Assembly: GCA_951406725.2 (NCBI GenBank)
Contig: OX597819.1
Coordinates: 125,178,001-125,242,000, forward strand
Direction of reading: 5' to 3'
From: Octopus vulgaris
Lineage: Eukaryota
Length of the DNA: 64,000 nt
Part shown: positions 23,498 through 36,799 of the stretch, in pieces
Position numbering within the stretch: position 1 is the stretch's first letter
Layout: each line of letters starts with the position of its first letter
Program-made: the position numbers and the translations under genes
The notes under the pieces: model-generated
The model's database searches: none
Told to the model about the DNA's origin: nothing
What the model saw: only the letters and a program-made list of their open reading frames with translations

Positions 23498-23900
23498 GCT
23501 CTCTCTCTCTCTCTTACTCACTCTCTCTTTCTCACCTATCTTGTTCTCTCTCTTTCTCTTTCTATCTCTCTCTTTCTCTCTCTCTCTCATCTTGTTCTCT
23601 CTCTCTCTCTCTCCCTCATTCTCTCTCTTTCTTTCTCTCTCTCTCCCTCATCCTCTTTCTTTCTCTCTCTCTCTTTCTCTCTCTCACCTCTCTTGTTCTC
23701 TCTCTCTCTCACCTCTCTTGTTCTCTCTCTCTCTCTCTCACCTCTCTTGTTCTCTCTCTCTCTCTTTCTCTCTCTCACCTCTCTTGTTCTCTCTCTCTCT
23801 CTTTCTCTCTCTCACCTCTCTTGTTCTCTCTCTCTCTCTCTTTCACCTCTCTTGTTCTCTCTCTCTTTCTCTCTCTCACCTCTCTTGTTCTCTCTCCTTC
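23498..23900 (+). repeat. (CT)n-rich tract with recurring CACCTCTCTTGTT unit
   Basis: Direct reading. Confidence 0.95.
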
Positions 23901-24429
23901 TTCATATCTTGCTTTTTCTTGCTCAATATCCTTTTCTTTGTAACTCCCATTCTCCCCACCCCTTCCCTTCTTTGCCCACAACTTTCCCCTATTTTGACAC
24001 CTGTTATTCTGCTATTTTCCATCTTCTTCTTCTTCTATTCTATGACATCCACCTCAAAGACCTTCCCTTCACAAATTTCTCATTCTTCCTTTTCTCTCTC
24101 CTCAACTCAAACACCTCCCTATCCTCATGTGTGTGCATTCACGTGCGCGCACACACACACACACACGCTAACACACCTGCACACATTAATACCAATAGGC
24201 ACAATTCTCTCCTTCTCCCTCCTTACTTCTACTATCATGCCCTTCCTTCCCAAATCTCCCAGCCACCTCTTCTTCATGCTCCTTACATCTAACAACTTAC
24301 TACATAACTATAAACATTTTGACAATTCCCTGACCTCTGACCCACTTGAATGAATTCAAAACTTGAGCTGTTTATCATGGAACATCAATCAAATATAACC
24401 GTTTCTTGTTTCCTTTTACTTTCCTCTAG

Positions 24430-24529
24430 AAAAAGGAAAAAATGTGTTGGTCTCACACTAGTTGCTGATATTCGGGGATCCACTAGTTCCACAGTGAATA
24501 CAATCTTGGAGGCTTTACATCTCTTTCAT
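24430..24529 (+). CDS. Internal coding exon of a Sec14/CRAL-TRIO-domain protein (puratrophin-1/PLEKHG4B/Trio-family RhoGEF-like)
   Basis: Pyrimidine tract + ttcctctAG acceptor, GTGAGT donor. 100 nt, phase 2 to 0. Encodes KRKKCVGLTLVADIRGSTSSTVNTILEALHLFH, matching the G-hydrophobic-D-x-R strand of Sec14-like domains. Confidence 0.8.
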
Positions 24530-24624
24530 GTGAGTATCATAATAATTGTTCTATCTTCATTTTGGCTTCTTAATGTTGTCGTGTCTGCATTTGGTTATGA
24601 TTGAGCAGATTTTTTTGTTTTTTA

Positions 24625-25040
24625 AAGTTTCAGCTCAGAGCTGCGGCCATGCTGATGCACCGCCGTTTTGCGCTACACTATTATTACTAGGAGCCTCCTC
24701 TAATATTTGGCACTTAATGAAGAATGGAGTTTGGTATAGCTACCCTCATTTGCACCTCTTGTTGCGAGGTAGGCTCATCTGGGACTTTCGACAAGAAGAG
24801 GTCTAGCTTTGATTTAAAAACCCCTACATCTACTTTGTGCAAGTTCCTCAGGCTCTTTGAGAGAATATTAAAAAGCTGTGTGCCCTTGAAACCCAGGCTG
24901 TTGCAGTAACTGGTCCTGAAGCATGATGGCATTGCTGGGATCTTTGGCACTATGCAGTGTCGTCCCGTTCTGGCATTGGTGTAGCTTTCAACGCCAAAAT
25001 TTGGCACAATTCCTTCCAGGATCTTCCAGATATATATTAC
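24625..25040 (-). mobile_element. CR1-group LINE 3' fragment (related subfamily)
   Basis: ORF 24714..25070 IYIWKILEGIVPNFG...FKSKLDLFLSKVPDEP. Confidence 0.88.
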
Positions 25041-25275
25041 TGTAAATATATTATAATCAAAATCATTCAAGCTGTGGCTATCTCATCTGTTTTTTTCCAG
25101 GAATAATGTACCTTTATTATTTATTCTCCAAGGGGTCTATCTTTAGATAAAGTATATAGTTTGAAAGAAATTTACCTGCTGCTTTTAGCATATCTAAAAC
25201 CATCTCAATTTTCCTTTTTTATTACAATTGGTAGAATTATATAATTTTTTTAATTGTTTTTATTCATTTGTGTTA

Positions 25276-25735
25276 TTAACCCTTTCATTGCCAACCTGGC
25301 TGAAACCGGCTCTGGCTCTGAGTACAAATGTCTTGTTTTCAATAGTTTTGAATTAAAATCTTCCACCAAAACCTTAGTCACAATTTATGTTCCTAAGTTA
25401 TTTTACTGAATTCTGTGTTATATTTAAAATTAAATGAAAAAAAACACAGCGTCTCAACAGAAATATGTTAACAAAAGTGTGAAAATATATAATAGAGAAA
25501 CAATTCTTAACTCTTTTGATACCAACTCGGCTGAAACTGACTCTGGTTCTGTAGTACAAATGTCTTGTTTTCATGAGTTCTGAACTAAAATCTTCCATCA
25601 AACCTTAGTCACAATTTATGTTCCTAACGCTAACTGAATGATAACTGAGGTATTTTAATAAATTCTTTGTTATATTTAAAGTAATTGAAAGCAACACAGA
25701 GCATCTCAAAATAAATACGGTAACGAAAGGGTTAA
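25276..25735. mobile_element. Two adjacent piggyBac-type MITEs
   Basis: TTAA-CCCTTT...AAAGGG-TTAA termini; second copy starts at about 25507. Confidence 0.8.
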
Positions 25736-25983
25736 GAAGTAACAATATTGAGGTGTTGCTTTCAAAGATTTTAGTTGATCTTTTATCTGCCCCAATACTT
25801 ATTTCAGTGTTGCACTTATTTTATTGATCCCTTTCTATCAAATTAATAGAATTTTGGGGTCTATAACTGAGGGAGAGATGACAAAAATCAATGCATCATT
25901 GAACAAAATGTAGAATAATCAGCTGAACTGATGACAATTCTTACCCAACAGTGTTTACTTGTATGTAGGTATGGTTACACATT

Positions 25984-26296
25984 TCTCGTGGAAGCACCAT
26001 CCAACCAAAATGCAAATATATGGGAAACTACCACCTGTGTCATCTCTTGTGAAAGGTAGGAGAGTCCAGTTTGCTGGACATTGTTGTAGAGCTGAAAAAG
26101 AGGTAATTTCTGCTCTTCTCCTCTGGAAGCTATCTGCTCGCAATACCAGAGGGCGCACACTCTCCTACCCTGATGTAATCTCCAGGGATACAGGCATCCA
26201 GCAAGAGGACCTCCGTAATGCCATGATGGACCATGAAGTCTGGTGTAGCATGGTAAATTCCATTGTCTCGACCACGGTCGAACAATGATGATGATG
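25984..26296 (+). mobile_element. 5'-truncated RTE-clade LINE with TSD
   Basis: ORF 25959..26288 WKHHPTK..IYGKLPPVS..RRVQFAGHCCR; (GAT)n tail; 13 bp TSD ATGGTTACACATT (25971, 26297). Confidence 0.9.
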
Positions 26297-27077
26297 ATGG
26301 TTACACATTGTTACATCAGTAACAAAGTATAACCATGCCTACTTTATTTTATCTGTAACTGAATCTGAATCTGAGGAAGGAGGAGGCGGAGGAGAAGAAG
26401 AAGAAGAAGAAGAAGAAGAAAAGACGACGATGACCCATTAGCCTTCGTTAATGTAGTTGCTGTTAAGAATGAATTTCTGCGAGGCAATGTTGAATAGAGA
26501 AAACATAAGCTGGAGCAGGAGTTAGTAAGATTGCAGTTTGATAGTGGAAAGGAACTGGATTATATAAAATGGTTTACCATCAGGTCTGGGAGGGAGTGGA
26601 GTTAATACACAGTCAGAATAACAATGTAAGGAGAGATAAATGTAAATTTTGAATATGCTTGAACTGGAGAGGCAAACAATTTTGCTAGTTTGGAAGTGGA
26701 AAACTTGTTGTGAGACTGAGACAAAGTAAGTGAGGAGAAAGATTGAGGGTATTGGTGGTATTGGTTCGCATGGCCAATGCAGCTAACAAGTATTTACTCA
26801 ATTAGTGTTGCTGAAGTACTGTGGATAATTAAGTAGCAAGAATACTATTTAATTAACAAGTATTTCATTTGCTTATAAAAAGAATCTCAGAGTTTTGCAT
26901 TTATTTCTTTTGAAGTCAATTCAGCTAATCTATTATTGATGGTTGCATATGCTTATGGAAGAGTTAAGAAATTGATTAACTTACATTTGCATAAGATCAA
27001 TAAATATTGATGAAGGTTGGCAGAACCATTAAAGTATTGGACAAAATACCTGCAATATTGGCACTCTAAATTCAAAT

Positions 27078-27495
27078 ACCTATTTCTTTACTACCGACAA
27101 GGGGCTAAGCACAGAGGGGACAAACAAGGACAGACATACGGATTAAGTTGATTATATCGACCCCAGTGCATAACTAGTACTTAATTTATCGACCCCGAAA
27201 GGATGAAAGGCAAAGTCGACCTCGGCGGAATTTGAACTCAAAACGTAGCAGCAGACGAAATACCTATTTCTTTATTACCCATAAGGGGCTAAACACAGAG
27301 AGGACAAACAAGGACAGACAGATGTATCAAATCAATTACATCAACCCCAGTGCATAACTGGTACTTAATTTATCGACCCTGAAAGGATGAAAGCAAAGTT
27401 GACCTCGGCGAAATTTGAACTCAGAACGTAACAGCTGATGAAATACAGCTACACATTTTGCCCAGCATGCTAATGATTCTGCCAGCTCGCCGCCT
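27078..27495 (-). mobile_element. SINE family C dimer with TSD, nested in an older C copy
   Basis: 11 bp TSD TAAATTCAAAT (27067, 27496). Confidence 0.9.
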
Positions 27496-27825
27496 TAAAT
27501 TCAAATTCCATTGTGGAAAACTTTTCCTTTTATCCTTCTTGGGTCAACAAAATAAAGTCCCAGGGAAGAACTGGAATTGAATCAATAGTCTTATAAAGCA
27601 TCCCAGGTGTGGATGGGAATATAATAGAAAACTAAAACTTTGAATAAATATTGGTTTCAAATTTGGCACAAAGCCAGCAATTTTGGAAGACTACATTGAC
27701 CCCCAGGACTTAACTGGTATTTATTCTATCAGCTCTGAAAGGATGGAAGGCAAAGTCAACCTCAGTGAAATTTGAACTCAGAACTTAAAGATGGATAAAA
27801 TGCCACTAAGCATTTTACTTGCCAT

Positions 27826-28040
27826 ACTCTTTTACTCTTTTACTTGTCTCAGTCATTTGACTGTGGCCATGCTGGAGCACCACCTTTAGTCTAGCAAATC
27901 AACCCCAGGACTTATTCTTTGTAAGCCTAGTACTTATTCTATCGGTCTCTTTTGCCAAACTGCTTAGTTACCGGGATGTAAACACACCAGCATCGGTTGT
28001 CAAGCGATGTTGGGGGACAAACACAGACACACAAATGTAT

Positions 28041-28072
<32 letters not shown>

Positions 28073-28099
28073 GTGTGTGTGTGTATATATACATGTATG

Positions 28100-28134
<35 letters not shown>

Positions 28135-28336
28135 ATATATATGTATATATATATATGTATATATATACATATATACGAGGGGCTTCTTTCAGTTTCTGTC
28201 TACCAAATCCACCCACAAGGCTTTTGTCAGCCCGAGGCTCTAGTAGAAGACTTGCTCAAGGTGCCACACAGTGGGACTGAACCTGGAGCCATGTGGTTCG
28301 TTAGCAAGCTACTTACCACACAGCCACTCCTATGCC
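27826..28336 (-). mobile_element. SINE family B nested in an old family C copy
   Basis: Full length, with expanded internal (TA/TG)n. Confidence 0.9.
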
Positions 28337-28786
28337 ATGCTGATGATTCTGTCAGCTTACTGCCTTGCTTAGAATAAATATTGATTGAATGCTGCAATTA
28401 AGAGAGTCACAATTAGCCAAAACTGATGGAACGTTCACTAATGTTTTGAAGATTTGAATCTCACATTTTGAGGTCATGTATGGACACTTAATTCCGTTTG
28501 CCTCAGATTACCTAGTAGTGTTACTTGAGCCAGGTCATCATTATATCACAGAAAGATTTATCACACCTGTTTAATGCATTGAAACAGGAGCTAAATACCA
28601 TCTCTTGAAATAGCCTGAGGGCTTAGAGGAAATGTGCATATGTTTCAATTATGCTGTGTATCTTTGGTAAAACAATGATTATTAGCTTAGTCGACATGCT
28701 GTGTATATGTTGCTGATGTTGTTTAGCGTCTGGTTAACCTTGATCAAGCAGACTTCACCCCATGGTCATTCCATCTTTTTCCTAGG

Positions 28787-29303
28787 CCCGTGCTAGTAGG
28801 GTACCAAGAGCACCATCCGAGCGTGATCGTTGCTAAAGACGACTGGCTTCCATGCCGGTGGCACGTAAAAGGGCACCATTCAAGCGTGATCGTTACCAAC
28901 ATCGCATTACTGGCACTCAAGCCCCGTGCTAGTAGGGTACCAAGAGCACCATCTTAGATCGTTGCCAGAACAGCCAACTGGCTTCCATGCTGGTGGCACT
29001 TAAAAGGACACCATTCAAATGTGATCATTACCGTCGCTGCCTTACTGACACCTGTGCTGGTGGCATGTGTAAAAAGATTCGAGTGAGGTCATTGCCAGTA
29101 TCGCCTGACTGGCTCCCGTGATGGTGGCACGTAAAAAGCATCCACTACACTCTTGGAATGGTTAGCATTGGGAAAGGCATCCAGCTGTAGAAACTCTGCC
29201 AAATGAAGATTGGAGCCTTGTGCAGACATCTGTTTCGCTAGCCTTCAGTCAAAATCGTCCAACCCATGCTAGCATGGAAAGCGGACGTTAAATGATGATG
29301 ATG
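28787..29303 (+). mobile_element. Family A element with alternating units
   Basis: Core, tail, about 5 units. Confidence 0.9.
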
Positions 29304-29914
29304 AATGAACAATGATGAATAATTATTATCATTATTATTATAATTATTTGTTCACACATTTGTAATATTAGTAGCTCTCCCAGTTCTGTTCTCTGAACCA
29401 CAAGCCACTGTTTATATCTTCAGATATTGAACATGCACCTTAAGATTTTAGCCGTAGCAAGGACACATAACTTTCTGTAGTGTAAGAGAGTTTGCTGTTT
29501 TATAATTTTATGTAAATCTATACACACTGATAGTAACCTGCCTTTATAATTTACCCCTCATTTGACACCCCTGTGGCAAATAAAAGAAAGTATTTTTGTT
29601 TTTATTTTTTTTTTATTAAGTTCTGAAAACTTTATTAGATAATTTTTCGGTTGTGTTGTATTTCAAAGAAGTTTGTTCTAAAAATACCTTCTTTCGCTCT
29701 CAAATCTGGATATTTCGTACTGATGTGCAAAGCATCAATTACATTTCATCTTTTCAAACTACAAATTAAATTGCAGAAACCATTTTAGTGCAGATGCCTG
29801 TTGTCTTTTACTAGAAAGGATTCATTGCAGTGTCAAAGATGACATTACAATATTTTTCACTTCCAAGAATAATATTCACAAAATTCAATAAATATTGAAA
29901 ATATTTAATTCTCG

Positions 29915-30125
29915 CTAAGACAGCTAATTGGCTGAATCATTAGCAGGCCAGACAAAATATTTAGCAGTGTTTCATACATCCTTACATTCCGAGTTCAAAT
30001 TCTGCCAAAGTTGATTTCACTGTTCATCCTTTCAGGTTTGATAAATTAAGTACCAGTAGAGAACTGGGGTCGATGTGACTTACTCCCTCTCCCAAAATTG
30101 CTGGCCTTGTACCAAAATTTGTAAC
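29915..30125 (+). mobile_element. Older family C-related SINE
   Basis: Diverged head and central domain, different tail; similar copies at 1150-1742, 8690-8870, 27650-28366, 33779-33950. Confidence 0.7.
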
Positions 30126-30234
30126 TAATGTTTAATACTAGCTGAGTAACCCATCATTGCTGGATGATTTTCACAATAGAATACCTTAATTTCAAATTTT
30201 TTTTTTATTCTATGTCAGACCATGTCTTCCCCGA

Positions 30235-30540
30235 CAAATGGTGTTAGTGGATGTACAGAGGAGGGAGTGAATAGAATGCAGAGCATCAAGGAGGATGTGC
30301 TGCCAGTGACTCGCACTCAATCCCTTAAACTTCAACGCCAAAGTAATGGTTTTTCATAAGGTTGGACTGAGCCTTTTGACCTGACCATTCCCCACTGGAT
30401 TGTATGGGGGTCGTCCTACTGGTCTCTATGCTCTTACCATGGAGGAATTGTCTCAGTTCAGCTGACATGAAGGCAATGCCATGTTCAGGATGGATGAAAG
30501 AAAGGAGTCCAAGAATCGAAAATAGTTGGCAGAAACAATA
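30235..30540 (-). mobile_element. Gypsy LTR-retrotransposon integrase fragment
   Basis: FIHPEHGIAFMSAELRQFLHGKSIETSRTTP, then +1 frameshift YNPVGNGQVKRL...ITLALK...HWQHILLDALHSIHSLLCTSTN. Confidence 0.85.
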
Positions 30541-30562
30541 AATATATATGTTCAATATATAA

Positions 30563-30872
30563 AAAATAATAATAATAATGAAATTATTGTATACAGTGCT
30601 CAGGTGCACCACAACTTGTCAAAAAGTGCGTATAAAGTATATGCAGTAATGGACAAATGTCTGGAAAGTGAACAGTGTATGAGTCAGATACATGCTTGCG
30701 TGAGTATGGAGGGGAGAAAATCAGGTGTAGTGTTGCTCAGGAAGCATGGAAGTTTTGAAGGATGCAGTGCTCCGACAACTAACAGCTGATGCTGGCAGTC
30801 TGTTCCATGCTTCAGCAACTCTTAGCGTGAAAAGATGTTTCCGAAAGTCATGGGAGCTGTGCTATTTTCTGA
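30563..30872 (-). mobile_element. CR1 LINE 3' fragment (family 2)
   Basis: Near-identical to 39733-40045. Confidence 0.88.
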
Positions 30873-31243
30873 CCTCAGTCAAATCGTCCAACCCATGCTA
30901 GCATGGAAAGCGGACATTAAATGATGATGATGATATAGCATTTAGAATTGTACGTGTGTTTGGAGAGAAATTGTCATTTCTAAGATTGTAACGTAACTAT
31001 CCATTCACTTTATTTATCAGACTAAAATGTTACTTGCCATATGATGGATAACTTTGGAAATATGCTTTTCCCCATCATAGGTAATATGAAATATGGCATA
31101 CGTACAATATTGTCAAGTTTCATGGTTCTTATAGAAAATTATGAAATGAATATTAATTTTTGAAAAGAAAAATATTTATTACCTTAAAATAAAATTAAAT
31201 AAAACAAAATTCTCATTTGCATAACTCCTTCTATAACCAATCT

Positions 31244-31478
31244 TATTTCTTTACTGCCCACAAGGAGCTACACACAGAGGGGACAGACAAGGACAGACAA
31301 ATGGATTAAGTCAATTATATCGACCCCAGTGCGTAACTGGTACTTATTTAATCGACCCCCGAAAGGATGAAAGGCAAAATTGACCTCGGCGGAATTTGAA
31401 CTCAGAACGTAATGGCAGACGAAATACAGCTACGCATTCCGCCTGGCATGCTAACGTTTCTGCCAGCTTGCCACCTTA
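31244..31478 (-). mobile_element. SINE family C
   Basis: Full monomer. Confidence 0.9.
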
Positions 31479-32039
31479 GTATAATCAATACTTCTATAAC
31501 CAATCTGTCATTTCCTCCTCCTCCTCTCACCAGACATAATGACCTAATGTGTGCACTCAACCGGCACCACATATGTTAACTCTCTGTATCTCTCTTTTAC
31601 TCTTTCTCCCCCCACTCTCTTTCTGATACAAAGTGTGACTGGAGAAATCAATCAACCGACACTCATATTGGCCATCATTAATATAGAAATTGCTGGAAGA
31701 CAACATATTAATGATACAACATGAAGAGTGAGATTAGTTCAATCTTGATCATTATAGACAGCAAGGACTGTGGTTAAATTAGCTAACTTGTTTCCGCTTC
31801 ATTGTGTGTAACTTGAATTAAGTGAAATCCACTCTTGCTTTTTATTGTTCAGATTGGCTGTAAAATTAAGTACTGCTTGATTATCTCATCTGTTTAACCC
31901 TTTCAGTTCATATGTGTTGCAGCACAGGCTAAATCAAGAACATATAATTCATCTTATTGTTGAGCTTATAAAGGAACTTTTATATTGAACTAGAAAGGGA
32001 ACTTAACATTAAGTCGTGTGAGTTTGAACACATTGTACT

Positions 32040-32240
32040 AAAACCCAAAATGTTTATCTAAATAATCGACAGCAAACCCATTCTTGGTTGAAAATGATCC
32101 ATAAGGACAAAACAATTGGTGGATGTCCTCCGAAAGAGATTATCGCAAAATCCACAGCAGAGCATGAGGAAAATGGCTAAAAGTCTCAATATCTCACAGA
32201 TACCATGCAATGGGTCATGCCTGAAGACTTAAATTGCCCT
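32040..32240 (+). mobile_element. Tc1/mariner-superfamily HTH-region fragment
   Basis: Reads IRTKQLVDVLRKRLSQNPQQSMRKMAKSLNIS. Confidence 0.5.
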
Positions 32241-32321
32241 TTTATGTGCCACTGGCATGGAAGCCGGTTTTTTTTTTGTGATGTTATTAATGTTGCTGCT
32301 GCTGCTGTTTTAGTTAATGTT

Positions 32322-32480
32322 GTTACCCTGTGCACATAAGCAAAAGCAGGGTATTATAATTACTCACCTTCATCTATTTGTCTGTGTGTTTGCAAAATTA
32401 CTGAAAAACAGCTGAACAGATTTTCACCACGTTTGGCTGAAATACTCATTGGATGAGTGGCTCAAAATAATGAGCATTTG
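32322..32480 (+). mobile_element. Helentron-associated (HINE-like) element end
   Basis: TTACCCTG...CAGGGTA inverted repeat followed by TGTCTGT...AAAACAGCTGAACAGATTTTCACC. Confidence 0.4.
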
Positions 32481-32714
32481 GTTTGATTACTATTAAAAAA
32501 AAAAAAAATCAAACTTACAAGTTTCCTGATAAGCAAGTGGTTATATTATTTTGTTCACATTTCTTTCATGTGAATTGACCCTCATCTGTGTGTTTATAGA
32601 TCATGGTGTACCTATGCACATAGACACATGTGAGTATGTACTTACACACATATATTCATAAATACATACATAAATATGCGACTGTGTGTGTGTACACTGA
32701 TGGATTTGAGGGTT

Positions 32715-33101
32715 TTGTGACCTATTGAGTCAAGTACATCAACATCAAAATAAAAATTCAAATGGAATTTGTAGTTAAAACATCCATGCCAGTGACACGT
32801 AAAAAGCACCGTCTGAATGTGGCAGATGCCAGCGCCGCCTGACTGGCGTCCGTGTTGGTGACATGTAAAAGCGCCAACTGATCGTGGCCGTTTGCCAGCC
32901 TGCTTTGGCCCCTGTGCCTGTGGCACGTAAAAAACACCCACTACACTCACGGAGTGGTTGGCATTAGGAAGGGCATCCAGCTGTAGAAACACTGCCAGAT
33001 CAGACTGGAGCCTGGTGCAGCCTCCTGGCTTCCCAGACCCCGGTCGAACCGTCCAACCCATGCTAGCATGGAAAACGGACGTTAAATGATGATGATGATG
33101 A
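32715..33101 (+). mobile_element. Family A element
   Basis: Core, tail, upstream leader. Confidence 0.9.
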
Positions 33102-34529
33102 GTTGTTTTCTTAATTCCACCAGAGTATAAATACCTATAATGGTGATACTTATAAAAAAAAAAAATAATAATTCAGTTCAGTTAAAAAGCATAGGTAAGC
33201 AATACATTGTATGCCACAATATAATTAGTGAAAAAAATTATCTGCATGCAGAGTATGCATCGCCCCCTCCAATGCCTTTTTTTTTTTTTTAATGAGGTTG
33301 TTATTGCTATATTCATTTACTGCATTATTAGTCAGACTTTGATCTGTGATCAAAGAAATTTTCTCCCTTCCTTCCATGAGCAGAATGCTGTCTTGGCTAG
33401 CATTGCTGCTGCTGCTTATGCTGTTTTGTTGTGTTTTTTTAATGTTTTTGTTGTCAAGCCTCCATTCCCTAATGAAGCTGGTGGCAGTATGAGGCCCTCC
33501 TGCTTTCTCCTCATTCAAATAGTTACGATATTTCCTGGAAAATGAATTGAATTTTTCAGACTAAAATTTACAGACAAAAAGGGTAGGTCAACAAGATGAC
33601 TATGGAGGACCAAAAATTCTATGTGAAATGCAGCAAGATTTTGGAAAATAGTGACAATGTTTGAACGTTAATACTACGTGTTTACAATATATTGCCAATA
33701 TATACTTACAATATTCTGCCAAAATTTCTGGCTTTGTGCCTTTAGTAGAAAGGATTATTATTATCATTATTATTATTAAGGCAGTGAGCTGGCAGAACCA
33801 TTAGCACATCAGGCAAAATACGTAGCTTTTTCATCCAACTTCACATTCTGAGTCCAAATTCCACCAAGGTTGACTTTGCTTTTCACCCTACTGGGATCAA
33901 TAAAATAAGTACCAGTTGAGTACTGGGGTTGGTGTAATGAACTATCCCCTGCATTTCAGTCTGCCAAAATGGGAGTTTACATGAATTTGTGTCACCTTTT
34001 CAGAGGTGATTCAAATGCATGTAAACAAAACAGCAACAACAACAGCACCAATTGTTGTTGTTCTTTTTATTATTCTTTTAAAGATCTTTTTATTTCCAGA
34101 TCGCCAATCTTTCTGCTTTCAGTTTAACAATCTGCTTATCTGTCACCTTCTTGATATTGCCAATTCCAGTCACCTGCTCTCTGCAAATAGCTGTTTATTT
34201 CATAAAACACAATGTTAGAAGGAAAAGATTCACGGTGGAATAGATTTGTAATTTAATAGTTGCCAATAAATGATGGTAACATAAATATTTCCAGCTACAT
34301 ATATTGGTCGGAGAGAAGGGAGAGGTACTGAGAAAACAGACAGCTATGATGTTATTTCCTGCAACAATCATTGGTGAAGAAGGGAATTAAAAGACATAAC
34401 AGTGATAATTACAGCAACAGTTATTGATATGGAATGGGATTATTAGACATGCAATAGCAGCAGTAGAAGAGCATGGTGCAGTTAGTAATAAACAGAGATT
34501 GATTCTGTTTGTTGAACAGATTGAACATT

Positions 34530-34950
34530 AGTGGCTGTGGTAAGTAGCTTGCTGTGTGGTAAGTAGCTTGCTAACCAACCACATGGTTCCGGGTTCAGTC
34601 CCACTGTGTGGCATCTTGGGCAAGTGTCTTTTGCTATAACCCTGGGCTGACCAATGCCTTGTGAATGGATTTGGTAGACGGAAACTGAAAGAAGCCTGTC
34701 GTATATATGTATATATATAAGTGTGTGTGTGTATATGTTTGTGTGTCTGTGTTTGTCCCCCTAGCATTGCTTGACAACCGATGCTGGTGTGTTTACGTCC
34801 CCGTCACTTAGTGGTTCGGCAAAAGAGACCGATAGAATAAGTACTGGGCTTACAAAAAAGAATAAGTCCCGGGGTCGATTTGCTCGACTAAAGGCGGTGC
34901 TCCAGCATGGCCGCAGTCAAATGACTGAAACAAGTAAAAGAGTAAGAGTA
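34530..34950 (+). mobile_element. SINE family B
   Basis: Full length, with a 20 bp tandem duplication in the head. Confidence 0.9.
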
Positions 34951-35159
34951 TTATTTCAACAGATTGTCTGTCTTCCTCAGGTTTAAAATGTAAAACGAAG
35001 AACAGGAAATACAGAAACACAAAAATTCAAAATATGGAAGAGGAGGAAATTCTGTGTCACTTTTTAAAATGATGTCATCAGTTTTCACTTTTTCATAACT
35101 GGTAAGAAAGGCAAAGAAAAAAGTAAAAACGGAAAAAGAATAGAAGGAAACTATGGAAA

Positions 35160-35453
35160 AGAGGCCGACCAAAGCTTTATATGTCAATTTGGTAGATGGA
35201 ACCTGAAAAAAAGCCTGTCGTGTGTGTGTTTACTGTCTCCTTGCTTTGACATTGTGTGATAGTTGTAAATAAGTGTCACTGTCATGTAAGTGGTACCCTT
35301 CATTTCCAATTTTCCCTGAAAAAATATCAGGACATGGGGAAATGTTACCTTATTGGGAAACAGGTGACAGTTGGTGACAGGAATGGTAACCAATCACAAA
35401 TTCTATCTCAGCCAGCAAGTATGGAAAAATGGATGTCAAATGATGATGATGAT
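35160..35453 (+). mobile_element. Old chimeric SINE (family E): B-like body, A-like tail
   Basis: GACCAAAGC...ATTTGGTAGATGGAA followed by CAAGTATGGAAAAATGGATGTCAAA(TGA)n; relatives at 38185-38405 and 38670-38860. Confidence 0.6.
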
Positions 35454-35539
35454 TTCTTTTCTTGAATCTAAATTTTTGTTTCTTTTATAAATTTTGTAGG
35501 AGAAATAATTTGTATGTTTAAAGATCATAACAGTTCATC

Positions 35540-35571
<32 letters not shown>

Positions 35572-35942
35572 TTAGCGTCCGCTTTCCATGCTAGCATGGG
35601 TTGGACGGTTCAACTGGGGTCTGTGAAGCCAGAAGGCTGCACCAGGCTCCAATCTTGATCTGGCAGAGTTTCTACAGCTGGATGCCCTTCCTAACGCCAA
35701 CCACTCTGTGAGTGTAGTGGGTGCTTTTTATGTGCCACCGGCACAGGTGCCAGATGGGGCTGGCAAACGGCCACGGTCGGATGGTGCTTTTTACGTGCCA
35801 CCGGCACGGGGGCCAGTCGAGGCTGGCAACGGCCACGATCGGATGGTGCTTTTTACGTGCCACCGGCACAGGGGCCAAGCGAGGCTAGCAACGGCCACGA
35901 TCGGATGGTGCTTTTTACGTGCCACCGGCACGGTGTGCCACC
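35540..35942 (-). mobile_element. Family A element
   Basis: Core, tail, three units. Confidence 0.9.
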
Positions 35943-36799
35943 ATAATTCTACCAAGTCATTAAACTGGAGCTTATCTCAATTTCTGAGAGTACAAAAATC
36001 CTTGGATGGGAAACTAGTCCATCACGTCAGCTCCCAGTTGCTGCTACTACTCGTTTTTAGCTAAGTGGACTAAAATATTGGGCAATAAAGAGCCTTGCCC
36101 AAGGAAACAGCACACCGCACGGTCTGAGAATTGAACCCATGACTTTACAATTGGGAGCTCAAACATTCAGCACATGCCTTCACAGTTCCACTATTCAATG
36201 TTCTTTATTTACTTCATTCTTTACTTCTACTAAAGACTCTCTATGCGATTGATTCGTCTGCTAGAAATAGGAACTAAATCTTTTGTTTTTAAAAAGTACA
36301 CATTGGATCGTGTGAAGTTTTATATAATGTATCAGGAAAAAAATGGATAAAATGGACATGGTCAGATTATGCCTAAGATGGCATGGACTGCTTTATCAGG
36401 GCTAATCTAGATGCAAAACTGTAACAAAAACAAATCTGGTTCAATCCCATTAATAGCTGAAATATTCCCTTTTGCTTTAATTTTTAAAATTTATACTTTT
36501 TTATATATTTTTTATTTTTTTATCAAAATTTAGAGAATTTTGATAACAGAGACTTTCAAATAATTTTTTTAGTAAATATTTTTACAATTTTATGCTATTC
36601 CAAAGTCTCGTGTTCCAGATAACTACAGGAAGAAACACCTACTATTTTCTATATTTTCAATTAAGCCGAGACAAATAGATTAATCTGTTTTGTCTAAAAA
36701 CACTAAGTTTCAAACTAATGAATTTAATTATAAGGCAAACAGAATTTTAACAACAACAATAAAACCCCACAAAACTAAAATTACCACCACACTTTGTTT

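Noticed and set aside
23468-24353. 270-274 aa Leu/Ser-rich ORFs
   Set aside because: Translations of the CT microsatellite; the same applies to 54856-55281.
27430-27450. CTGATGA..AAT hammerhead-like core
   Set aside because: Point variant of the SINE C sequence, with no stems II/III; similar isolated CTGATGA at 17528, 25928 and 43024 also lack the fold.
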